Shown piece by piece: positions 56,193 through 64,000 of a stretch of 64,000 nucleotides of DNA. A program made the translations under genes and the position numbers. Source of the DNA: Pseudomonadota bacterium (GTDB lineage Bacteria > Pseudomonadota > Alphaproteobacteria > UBA1280 > RI-95); NCBI GenBank assembly GCA_016125375.1, contig WGLU01000003.1:36954-100953 (forward strand). Direction: 5' to 3'. The first letter of the stretch is position 1. Every line of letters begins with the position of its first letter. The notes under the pieces were generated by a model. The model had not been told where the DNA came from, made no database searches, and saw only the letters and a list, made by a program, of their open reading frames with translations.

Positions 56193-57224
56193 TTATTTTT
56201 TCGCAGCCAGAATCCGTTTCGGATTAACTGCCCGGCCACGTCTACGGAGCTCAAAGTATAGTGTAGGCTGTTCTTCGTCCGGCAGAAAGCCAAGAATACC
56301 ACCCGCCGGAACAAAATCACCCACCTTGACGCGGCTTTTGCCAAAACCGCTGTACAGGGTATGTGCGTCATCCTGATGTTCAAGGATAACCAAATAACCA
56401 TACCCCTTAAAATCGTCGCTGTAAATGACACGCCCCTCGACCACAGCACGTATACCCTGCTTTTTCTCACCCCGTATGGTCAGGCCTTGCGCATGCAGGC
56501 CAGTGGCAGGGTCGGGGTCGTTCCAGTGGCGGATAACACGACCGTCTACAGGCAGCCGTGCGTAGAGTTTTTCGTCCCTGTCCGGCAGCAGGTTGCGGGT
56601 GCGGCGCTGGTATTTGGCAAACAAATCATCAATCGAATCACTACCGCTCAGGGTCTGGGCTTCCTGCAGCAGGTGCATGCGTTCGGTTTCCGGTAAAGCC
56701 AGGAGGGCGACCTGACGGTCGCGCAGGATTTTAAGCTCGCCGCGCTGTTCTTCCACTTCCGAAAGCGCCTTCTCCAGCTGTCGCTGGGTGGCTTCCGTTT
56801 CGTTGAGGGTATCAATCAGTTCCTTGAGGTTGGTTTTACCAGTTGCGATGTCATTCTGTACCGCTTTGCGGCTGATGTTCAGGATGCCGCGGCGGCGTCC
56901 CTGCTGGTGCAGGGCGTCGTAGGCAGAAAGAGCGGCTGCGGGCGTGCGTTCGACCCGGGCCATGGCGGTCAGGGTGGCATTGAAGCTGCGGATGTCCTGC
57001 GCCTGTTCGACGCGCAGGTCTTTTTCTTTTTCCTGCAAAGCGGCAAGGTTGGACTGAATGTCGGTGATTTCCGTCTGCATGCGGGCGTTTTCCCGGTCAA
57101 CACGGGCGATGGCAGTGTCCAGTTTGCGCAGCTCGGCTTCCAGATCCTCCTGCGTTGGCAGCAGATCCAAGGCATGAGCGGGGACCACCCCCAACAGAAG
57201 AATCAGCTGAACGAAACCAGGCAT
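56193..57224 (-). CDS. envC: Murein hydrolase activator EnvC-like (coiled coil plus degenerate M23)
   Basis: Signal, coiled coil, GRVIYS..F.GYG..VILEH, LYFELR; between gpmI and ctpA. Confidence 0.85.
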   Translation of the reverse strand: MPGFVQLILLLGVVPAHALDLLPTQEDLEAELRKLDTAIARVDRENARMQTEITDIQSNLAALQEKEKDLRVEQAQDIRSFNATLTAMARVERTPAAALSAYDALHQQGRRRGILNISRKAVQNDIATGKTNLKELIDTLNETEATQRQLEKALSEVEEQRGELKILRDRQVALLALPETERMHLLQEAQTLSGSDSIDDLFAKYQRRTRNLLPDRDEKLYARLPVDGRVIRHWNDPDPATGLHAQGLTIRGEKKQGIRAVVEGRVIYSDDFKGYGYLVILEHQDDAHTLYSGFGKSRVKVGDFVPAGGILGFLPDEEQPTLYFELRRRGRAVNPKRILAAKK

Positions 57225-58753
57225 GAACCGTCCATATCCATGGGGATGGGCAGGCCCATCAGGGTCAAAACCGTCGGCGCCACATCGGCAAGCCGGCCGT
57301 CCTTCACTTTTGCACCGGTACGGCCAACGTAGATGAAGGGCACGGGGTTGGTGCTGTGCTGGGTGCTGCGTCCGCCCTTGTCGTCCAGCATTTCCTCGAT
57401 GTTGCCGTGGTCGGCGGTAATCATGGCCTCGCCACCGGCGCGTTTAACGGCCAGCAACACTTTATCAAGGAAGGTATCAATGGCTTCTACTGCGGCAATG
57501 CCGGCTTCCATGATGCCGGAGTGGCCAACCATGTCGCCGTTGGCGACGTTGCAGACGATAAAGTCGTACTGCTTGCTTTCAATAGCTGCGACCAGTTTAT
57601 CCGTGAGTTCCGGTAGGGACATTTCCGGCTGAAGGTCGTAGGTGCGTACCTTGGGGGAGGGGACCAGAATGCGGTCCTCCCCATTGTAAGGCTCGTCGCG
57701 CCCGCCGTTGAAAAAGAAGGTCACGTGGGCGTATTTTTCCGTTTCGGCAATCCGCAACTGGCGTTTGCCTTCCTGTGCCAGAATCTCTCCCAGTAGGTTA
57801 CGGTGGAGTTCGGGGGCGAACATCACACGTACGCGGCCGTCAAAAGTGCTGTCATATTCGGTCATGGTGATGACGGTGGTGAGCTTGGGGCGCATGGCGC
57901 GGGGCATGTCCGTTAGCTCGGCGTCGATAAAAGTGCGCACAATCTGGCGCATCCGGTCGGCGCGGAAGTTGAAGAAGAACAACGCATCGCCATTCTGTAC
58001 GGTGCCACCGTCTTTCAGGGGGGGCAGGGCTGTGGTCTGGACGAACTCATCATCTTCGCCGCGCACGTGGGCACTGGCAAGAGCCGCCAGAATATCCACG
58101 CCCTCAAACGCGGCATGGCCTTGGGTGTACATGTCATAAGCGGCTTGAGTACGGTCCCATCGCTTGTCACGGTCCATGGCGTAAAAGCGCCCGCAGACAT
58201 CGGCAATTTTGACGTTTTTGAGGCCTTTGATTTTTTTCAGAAAATCAGGCAGCTGCTTTTTGGCGTCCCGCGGTGGCGTATCTCGCCCGTCCAGAATGGC
58301 ATGGATGTAGACAGGCTTGTCCAGCTTGTCCAGCTCTGCGGCCAAAGCTGCGGCATGGTCCATGTGGCTGTGCACGCCGCCATCGGACAGCAGGCCGAAC
58401 ATATGGATGGCGCGGCTCTTGTTCAAATCTGCCAGTGCCGCTTTGTAGGGGGCTGATTTGGCTAAGGCACCGTTATCCAGATCACGCTGGATGCGTTCCA
58501 GATTTTGCAGAACCACACGTCCCGCGCCCAGGTTCATGTGCCCGACTTCCGAGTTGCCCATCTGACCCTCCGGCAGGCCGACGAATGGGCCGTGGGTCAT
58601 CATTTTGCTGTGGGGGCAGGTGGCCAGCAGTCCATCAAGGACCGGTGTGTTGGCCGCTTTTATGGCATTGCCCTCCGTGCGGTCGGACAAGCCGAAGCCA
58701 TCAAGAATGCAGAGCAGCAAAGGCGGGTGAAAGGGCTGTTTTTTCATACCCAT
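57203..58753 (-). CDS. gpmI: 2,3-bisphosphoglycerate-independent phosphoglycerate mutase
   Basis: ILDGFG, GQMGNSEVGH, DGRDT, GRFYAMDRD, AETEKYAHVT, DMVGH, TADHGN; start 58753 or 58747. Confidence 0.97.
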   Translation of the reverse strand: MGMKKQPFHPPLLLCILDGFGLSDRTEGNAIKAANTPVLDGLLATCPHSKMMTHGPFVGLPEGQMGNSEVGHMNLGAGRVVLQNLERIQRDLDNGALAKSAPYKAALADLNKSRAIHMFGLLSDGGVHSHMDHAAALAAELDKLDKPVYIHAILDGRDTPPRDAKKQLPDFLKKIKGLKNVKIADVCGRFYAMDRDKRWDRTQAAYDMYTQGHAAFEGVDILAALASAHVRGEDDEFVQTTALPPLKDGGTVQNGDALFFFNFRADRMRQIVRTFIDAELTDMPRAMRPKLTTVITMTEYDSTFDGRVRVMFAPELHRNLLGEILAQEGKRQLRIAETEKYAHVTFFFNGGRDEPYNGEDRILVPSPKVRTYDLQPEMSLPELTDKLVAAIESKQYDFIVCNVANGDMVGHSGIMEAGIAAVEAIDTFLDKVLLAVKRAGGEAMITADHGNIEEMLDDKGGRSTQHSTNPVPFIYVGRTGAKVKDGRLADVAPTVLTLMGLPIPMDMDGSCLVSFS

Positions 58754-58895
58754 AACGCTACCGCTTTTAACGCCTAAAAGCAACGTCGACAAAGGCCCGT
58801 TGCTGGGGTGGTGCTCTTTATGTTAACGTGCCTCCGATTACCTGTTGTACCGCCATTGCCTTTTTCCCCCCTTGCCTGACGTAAAGGATTGTCCG

Positions 58896-59240
58896 ATGCC
58901 TTGGATTATCCCGGTTATTTCTGCTGTTCTGGCCGCTATTGGCCTCGCTCTTTCTCCGCTGGTCGGCGCGGGTCTGCTGTTCTGGCTGTTCGTCGCCAGC
59001 GTGGGTGCCCTGGCCTTCGGTCACTACGGTGACAAGGTGCTCAAGTACCCGCTGTCCAAGCAGGCCATCTGGCCGTTCCTCGGCGGTGCCATCATGACTC
59101 CGGTCGTTGCCGGCATGACGCTGGGTGTGTTGCTTGCCGGCCCGTTCGCGGTCTGGTTGCTGCTGCCGCTGGTGGTGTGCACGGCGCTGGCCGTGGTCAT
59201 TACCATCGCCGGCATGGGCATCGCCAGCTGGAAGATGTAA
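58896..59240 (+). CDS. Small multi-TM membrane protein inserted between rlmH and gpmI
   Basis: 114 aa, almost wholly hydrophobic, AAAGGA SD, own terminator. Confidence 0.7.
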   Translation: MPWIIPVISAVLAAIGLALSPLVGAGLLFWLFVASVGALAFGHYGDKVLKYPLSKQAIWPFLGGAIMTPVVAGMTLGVLLAGPFAVWLLLPLVVCTALAVVITIAGMGIASWKM

Positions 59241-59248
59241 CAAACGCC

Positions 59249-59280
59249 AAAGGCCGCTCCATTCGGGAGCGGCCTTTTTT
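59249..59280. terminator. Bidirectional terminator
   Basis: aaaggccgctcc-attcg-ggagcggcctttttt. Confidence 0.85.
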
Positions 59281-59285
59281 GCTGT

Positions 59286-59732
59286 TTAATCGCGGTGGTA
59301 GGGGTGCCCGGCGTTAAGGCTGAAGGCACGGTAGAGCTGCTCCAGCACAATCGGGCGGACCATCATATGCGGGAATGTCATGTCCGAGAGGGAGAGCAGC
59401 AGGTCGGCACGGGTGCGTACAGCGTCGCCGTGGCCGTCGGCACCACCAATGAGGAAGGCCAGCTTGTGCTTGCCTGTGTCGGCTTGTTTCTGGAGGTAAG
59501 TGGCGAAATCGCGGGTGGTCATGCGTTTGCCCCGCTCATCAAGGGCAATGACCAGATGGTCGGCGGAAACTTTTGCCAGCAGGCTTTCCGCCTCTTTGTC
59601 GGATGTGGGGGACTGCGGTACTTCGACGACCGCCGTTTTGCCGTAGGGCTTAAGGCGCGTCAGGTACATCTCCACCAGCGACAGGATGGGTTTATCACGG
59701 CATTTGCCGACGGCAATAAGGGTGATATCCAT
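59286..59732 (-). CDS. rlmH: 23S rRNA pseudouridine1915 methyltransferase
   Basis: IAVGK, LDERGK, FLIGGADG, SLS.MTFPH, EQLYRA, GHPYHR. Confidence 0.95.
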   Translation of the reverse strand: MDITLIAVGKCRDKPILSLVEMYLTRLKPYGKTAVVEVPQSPTSDKEAESLLAKVSADHLVIALDERGKRMTTRDFATYLQKQADTGKHKLAFLIGGADGHGDAVRTRADLLLSLSDMTFPHMMVRPIVLEQLYRAFSLNAGHPYHRD

Positions 59733-59778
59733 CACAAGGTGGACTCCATGTCCGTTAACAACTCAAGGGGTTAGGGTG

Positions 59779-60204
59779 TTATAGAATCCCCAAATCGGCC
59801 TTGCTGTCAACCTGTTCGTCATCGTCCCAGAACGTGGGGCTCCACAGGCGTTCCAAGCGGTAAAGCTGGCGCGCCTCGGGCTGGAACACGTGCACGACGA
59901 CACTCCCTGCATCCAGCAGTACCCAGTGACCGCTTGCGGTCCCTTCAACACTGTGGACGACAGAGCCCTGTTTTTCCAACTCGGCACGCACGTTGTCGAT
60001 CAACGTGTTGACGTGACGGTCCGACGTACCGGTGGCGATAATCAGCGCATCGGCCATAGCGGACTTGCCTTTGAGGGAAATAACAGCGATGTCTTCGGCT
60101 TTTTTGTCTTCCAGCGCCCGTCGGGCGGTGAGAATGTCCTGTTCAACAGGGTTACCCTTGTTCACAAGACTCAGTTTGCGTTTGTGTGTGCTAATGGCAG
60201 TCAA
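59779..60204 (-). CDS. rsfS: Ribosome silencing factor
   Basis: LEDKKAEDI, IATGTS.RHV, WVLLDAG, YRLERLW; TTG start with GGAGGAGG SD. Confidence 0.93.
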   Translation of the reverse strand: MTAISTHKRKLSLVNKGNPVEQDILTARRALEDKKAEDIAVISLKGKSAMADALIIATGTSDRHVNTLIDNVRAELEKQGSVVHSVEGTASGHWVLLDAGSVVVHVFQPEARQLYRLERLWSPTFWDDDEQVDSKADLGIL

Positions 60205-60218
60205 CCTCCTCCTCCTTC

Positions 60219-60866
60219 TTATGTGGTGGCACCGTAGGTGTTTTGCAAACGTATCCGCTCCAGCACGCGCGGATGCATATTCGCCACTTCTCCGCCACGG
60301 CGGATTTGGCGGCGAATGTCGGTTGCTCGTCCTTCATGGACAGGAGCAAACAGAACACGCCAGTTCGGCAGGGAAGTGTCCAGAGAGGCACTTTCCTTAC
60401 GCCGGCGATAACGGGCAAAACGGATGGCCGCAGGGCTTTTGAGGCCCGCAAGCGGCGCATCGCCACGGTTGATGACGGCAATCGGCACGGTCTGGAAGAT
60501 TTTCCCCCAGGCTTCCCATTTGTGGAAGCTCATCAGGTTATCCGTGCCCATCAGCCAGACAAACAGCACATCGGGATATGCTTCCTTCAGGGCAAGCAGG
60601 GTATGGTAGGTAAAGGTCGTATGAATCCGGTTCTCAAAGTCGCTGACTTTAAGCCATGGGTTGCCATCGGCCAACAGGGTGCACATGGCCATACGCTCTG
60701 CGAATGGCGCCATGCCTTTTTTCGCTTTCAGGGGATTTTGCGGGCTGACGAGGAGCCAGACTTCGTCCAGCTGGAGGCGGCGGTAAGCCGTCCGTGCCAA
60801 GGCCAGGTGGCCAAGGTGCGGGGGGTTGAATGACCCGCCGAGGATGCCGATGCGACGTTTGGGCAA
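60219..60866 (-). CDS. nadD: Nicotinate-nucleotide adenylyltransferase
   Basis: GILGGSFNPPHLGH, WLLVSPQNPLK, WLMGTDNL. Confidence 0.93.
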   Translation of the reverse strand: MPKRRIGILGGSFNPPHLGHLALARTAYRRLQLDEVWLLVSPQNPLKAKKGMAPFAERMAMCTLLADGNPWLKVSDFENRIHTTFTYHTLLALKEAYPDVLFVWLMGTDNLMSFHKWEAWGKIFQTVPIAVINRGDAPLAGLKSPAAIRFARYRRRKESASLDTSLPNWRVLFAPVHEGRATDIRRQIRRGGEVANMHPRVLERIRLQNTYGATT

Positions 60867-60941
60867 TACGTGCCTTTCTTTCGTCAGTTACACCATAAGC
60901 TCTTATCAGTATAGGGCTTGGGCAATCCGGTGCAAAGGTTT

Positions 60942-62948
60942 TTAACGCCGGCGCCCTTCCACCCACCAGGTAAGCAACAAGCTTGCCAGACCGGCCAGCA
61001 ACCAGGTCCAGGCAGGGAGCAGCGGCTGTCGCGTCAGCCCGGTTACCTCGCTGCGGTCCAATCTGGGCAGGCCAATCCAGCCGGCACCGGCCGCCGGCAT
61101 GCCGGCCCGCAGGCGGACAACGTCCGGATCGGTACCCAAATCGTCACGGTAACTGCCGCCGGTGCTTTCGGCCAGTGCTTGCAGGGCTGGTGTATTATCT
61201 TTAGGCAGCCATTCAAGGTCCTTCACGCTGCCTTTAACTGCGTAGGCAACGTGCCCGCTGCTGCTTTTGAGGGTGTACAGGCCGTCTTCGTCGGCCGGGA
61301 CGACTGCCTTGAAGTTTTCATCCTTTGTCAGCGTAATGGTTGTCTTCTCCCCGCGAGGTGCCGTGATGTCCACATCCTGGGTCGGGGCGTCGCTCAGGGA
61401 GCGGTAGTTGACCGTCAGGCTATGGTCGGTCACCTTGCCTGTCAGGGCTTCCTCTTCCAGTTCAGGTTCCTGCATCAGCCAGTGGGTGAGGCGACGCAGC
61501 ATTTCGATTTCAGGGCCGCCGCCATCAATACCCCGCGCCCAGAACCAGAAGTGATCGCTCATCCACGCGGCAACACGGCCACGGCCCACATGGTTCAGGA
61601 CCAGTAGCGGATAGCCTTTGATGCCTTCGAGCAGGGTTTCGCCACCTGTGGGGAGCGCGGGAACCTGATGGCGGAACTGCCCCCATTCTGTTTGCTCTTT
61701 CTCGAAAATCTCCGTCACCGGGTGGCGCAGGCCAAGCTTGGTCAGTTTGGCGCGGTAAGGGGTGGTCAAGTTGTTGGCCATGGGGTCGAGAGGCAGAATA
61801 TCCTGCAATGGCGTGCGCGACAGGCCCAGCGGGCTGCCGTAGGCAGGCCCCGCAAGCACCATCAGGGCACCGCCGTCGCGGACGTAGTCATTGATGTTCT
61901 CAAAGTACAGGTCACGCATCATCCCGCGCTGGATGTAGTGGTCAAAAATAATCAGGTCAAAGCGTTTAAGCTGTTCCACGAACAGCTCCCGCACAGGGAA
62001 GGGAATCAGCGCCAGGTCGCGGTCCGGCGTGCTGTCACTGCGCGTAAGGGTACGCAGAATTGTAAAGTGCACCAGATTCACCGACGGGTCGCTTTTCAGC
62101 AGGCTGCGCAACACACGGCTGCCGTTGTGGGGCAGGCCGCTGACCAGCAGGACGTTCAGGTTCTCCCGTACGCCGTTAATCAGGGTCACGGCCTTGTTGT
62201 TCTGGGCGGTCAGTTCATCATCGGCGACGGGGATGCTCATCTCGAGCGCCGTGGTACCTGCACGGGTAATGGTGAACGGCAGCGTGATTTTTGTGTTGGT
62301 CGGGAAAACCTGTGTCCGGCTGTTATACCCGACGATGGAAACGGTCAGCGGCAGTTCGGTGTTCTTTTCGTCCACAATCTCCAGCGTGATGGATTGCGGT
62401 TTATCCACAATGGCGTAGGAAGGCACGTTATGTACCACAAGGCGGCGGTCATACATTTTACGGCCTGATGGAACAACATGCAGGGGGGCGGGCAGCGTAT
62501 CCGGTACCTCAGTCAGCTCACCGTCCGTGACGGCAATAATGGCGCTCAGGCTGTTATGGGGCAGGCTGTTCAGCTTGTTCTGAATCTGGGTGAACAGGTT
62601 GCTGCCCTGACCCGTTGTATCCGTCGTGGTGAGTTTGATGACGTCCACATCCGTCAGCTTGTCCAGCTTATCCGTCAGTGCCGCCATAATTTTATGTCGC
62701 TGTTCGGCGCGGGCCGGTACGTCGTTGGAGCGGCTGGCGTCTTCGACCAGCACGACCGTGTCGGGGATGGGCTTAAGGGTTTTACTTTCTTTGACCGGAC
62801 CCGCCAGCATCAGGAACAGGACCGTCACCGGTATCAGGCGCAACAGGCTGCTTTTGCCGCCTGCAACGGCAAGCAGGGCCGCCATCACCGCCAGCGGAAC
62901 CAGCAGCAACAGCGGTATCATCGGCGCAAGAGTGATGGTTGTGGTCAT
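60942..62948 (-). CDS. Membrane protein with vWA-like and glutamine-amidotransferase-like domains (partner of DUF4159)
   Basis: LLVSG.PH, LKSDPSVNLVHFTILR, LIPFP.RELF, GRGRVA, W.WARG..GGGP, W.VEGR end. Confidence 0.8.
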   Translation of the reverse strand: MTTTITLAPMIPLLLLVPLAVMAALLAVAGGKSSLLRLIPVTVLFLMLAGPVKESKTLKPIPDTVVLVEDASRSNDVPARAEQRHKIMAALTDKLDKLTDVDVIKLTTTDTTGQGSNLFTQIQNKLNSLPHNSLSAIIAVTDGELTEVPDTLPAPLHVVPSGRKMYDRRLVVHNVPSYAIVDKPQSITLEIVDEKNTELPLTVSIVGYNSRTQVFPTNTKITLPFTITRAGTTALEMSIPVADDELTAQNNKAVTLINGVRENLNVLLVSGLPHNGSRVLRSLLKSDPSVNLVHFTILRTLTRSDSTPDRDLALIPFPVRELFVEQLKRFDLIIFDHYIQRGMMRDLYFENINDYVRDGGALMVLAGPAYGSPLGLSRTPLQDILPLDPMANNLTTPYRAKLTKLGLRHPVTEIFEKEQTEWGQFRHQVPALPTGGETLLEGIKGYPLLVLNHVGRGRVAAWMSDHFWFWARGIDGGGPEIEMLRRLTHWLMQEPELEEEALTGKVTDHSLTVNYRSLSDAPTQDVDITAPRGEKTTITLTKDENFKAVVPADEDGLYTLKSSSGHVAYAVKGSVKDLEWLPKDNTPALQALAESTGGSYRDDLGTDPDVVRLRAGMPAAGAGWIGLPRLDRSEVTGLTRQPLLPAWTWLLAGLASLLLTWWVEGRRR

Positions 62949-64000
62949 TGCGCCTCCTCCTTTATGCGGTTCAGGAGGGCGTCTATGTGCAACTGGTCGG
63001 CCTTGTAGTCCCCCAGCAAGGCGTACATCACAAGGTTGATGCCAAAACGCAGGGCCATTGTGCGCTGGGTTTCGCCGCCCGGAATGACGGGCCGCATGGG
63101 TTTGCTGTTTTCGTCAGCCGCCCAGGCTCCGACCCAGTCGTTACTGCCGACGATGACAGCGGCGGTTGCCGACGTGTTCTCAATCCAGACAGGTTGGCCG
63201 GTCACGCGGCCCGGGAACTGTCCGCGCATCAGATAGTAGGACCGTCCCAGTACGTGGGTATCGCGCAGCTCCATCAGGGGGCGTTTGACGATGCGGTTCA
63301 TAATCATTTCCGTGGCAGCGCCCGCATATCCCAGCTCCGTCTGGTTATCCAGCACCAGCAGGCCGCCATTTTGCATGTAGTGGCGCAATTTTTCCGCCGC
63401 TTCTACCGACATCGGCGGCGGGTTGGGAATCACCGACCAGTAAATCAGCGGGTAATAACCCAAGTCATCCGCGTCGAGGTCGAGCTTTTTTGGGGGCGCC
63501 GCCTCGACCGTTGTGCGGAAGCGCAGTAGTGCACTCAGGGTTTTGAGGCCTGACTCGGTTATCTGGTCGACAGTGGCATTGCCGCTGGATATCCAGCCGA
63601 TTTGGGTGGCGTAAGCCGCGTCTTGCGAAGGCATCTGGCCAAAGCCCTCCTGCGCGTGTGTGGGCTGTGCCGCGACCAGCAGGGCTAAGACGGCAAAGCC
63701 GAAGCGGCGGGCGAGGGTGCCCCAGACCCGCGCGAGGGTATCGAGCACAACCAACACGGCAAGGAGTGTGGCCAGATAGGGCTGGAACGGGATGCGCGCC
63801 GCACCTTCGCTATAGGTGCGTACGGACAGGCCTTTGAGGTCGTCACGGGTGACGGGCACACCGCGCATCTGCGGGCGGTTCAGGTTATGGGGAACGGGCG
63901 CACCGGCGGGGCCGTAAAAGCCGACGGGTGCGTCGCGGCTGACGACAGCGCCTTCTGTCAGCACAGTCAATGTATCGGGCACGGGGCGCGGGTTGCCGAA
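62945..64000 (-). CDS. DUF4159-domain protein, C-terminal part (truncated by window edge)
   Basis: GL..LS..L..RT.VE, YPLIYW, YMQNGG, HVL.RSYYL, FPGR, NDW.GAWA, RFGINLVMYAL.GDYKADQ.H. Confidence 0.85.
   Translation of the reverse strand, partial: FGNPRPVPDTLTVLTEGAVVSRDAPVGFYGPAGAPVPHNLNRPQMRGVPVTRDDLKGLSVRTYSEGAARIPFQPYLATLLAVLVVLDTLARVWGTLARRFGFAVLALLVAAQPTHAQEGFGQMPSQDAAYATQIGWISSGNATVDQITESGLKTLSALLRFRTTVEAAPPKKLDLDADDLGYYPLIYWSVIPNPPPMSVEAAEKLRHYMQNGGLLVLDNQTELGYAGAATEMIMNRIVKRPLMELRDTHVLGRSYYLMRGQFPGRVTGQPVWIENTSATAAVIVGSNDWVGAWAADENSKPMRPVIPGGETQRTMALRFGINLVMYALLGDYKADQLHIDALLNRIKEEAQ

Noticed and set aside
56144..56470. Possible frameshifted envC C-terminus
   Set aside because: envC already ends after the LYFELR...NP motif; the alternate frame shows no motif
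221..59280. Similar GC hairpins as a REP/attC/CRISPR repeat family
   Set aside because: Sequences differ, occur singly at gene ends and fit ordinary intrinsic terminators; no regular repeat-spacer array seen

Overview
Chromosomal (non-mobile) segment of a Gram-negative bacterium with alphaproteobacterial-style gene order: rplU-rpmA-obgE, xerC-DUF484/priA, phaR/phaC-phaA, gloB/methyltransferase, ffs-dnaX-ybaB-recR and nadD-rsfS-rlmH-gpmI-envC-ctpA-deacetylase-rppH. It holds about 65 CDS, tRNA-Val(GAC), tRNA-Gly(CCC) and the 4.5S SRP RNA. I saw no CRISPR array, transposase, prophage or att repeat. Best leads: (1) a complete E. coli-type -1 frameshift cassette in dnaX (SD, A AAA AAG, hairpin, immediate stop); (2) a decarboxylase/deoxyhypusine-synthase-like/ureohydrolase polyamine operon behind a ~370-nt structured leader; (3) a divergent FolC-like ligase coupled to a Zn-amidohydrolase-like gene; (4) a secreted-protein ORF whose only standard start codons lie at or inside tRNA-Gly, downstream of an orphan VirD4; (5) a recurring class of stand-alone genes with C/U-rich leaders, several of which split conserved operons; (6) a candidate sRNA upstream of priA. 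All calls come from motif recognition by eye, no database searches were run, and start codons are best estimates.
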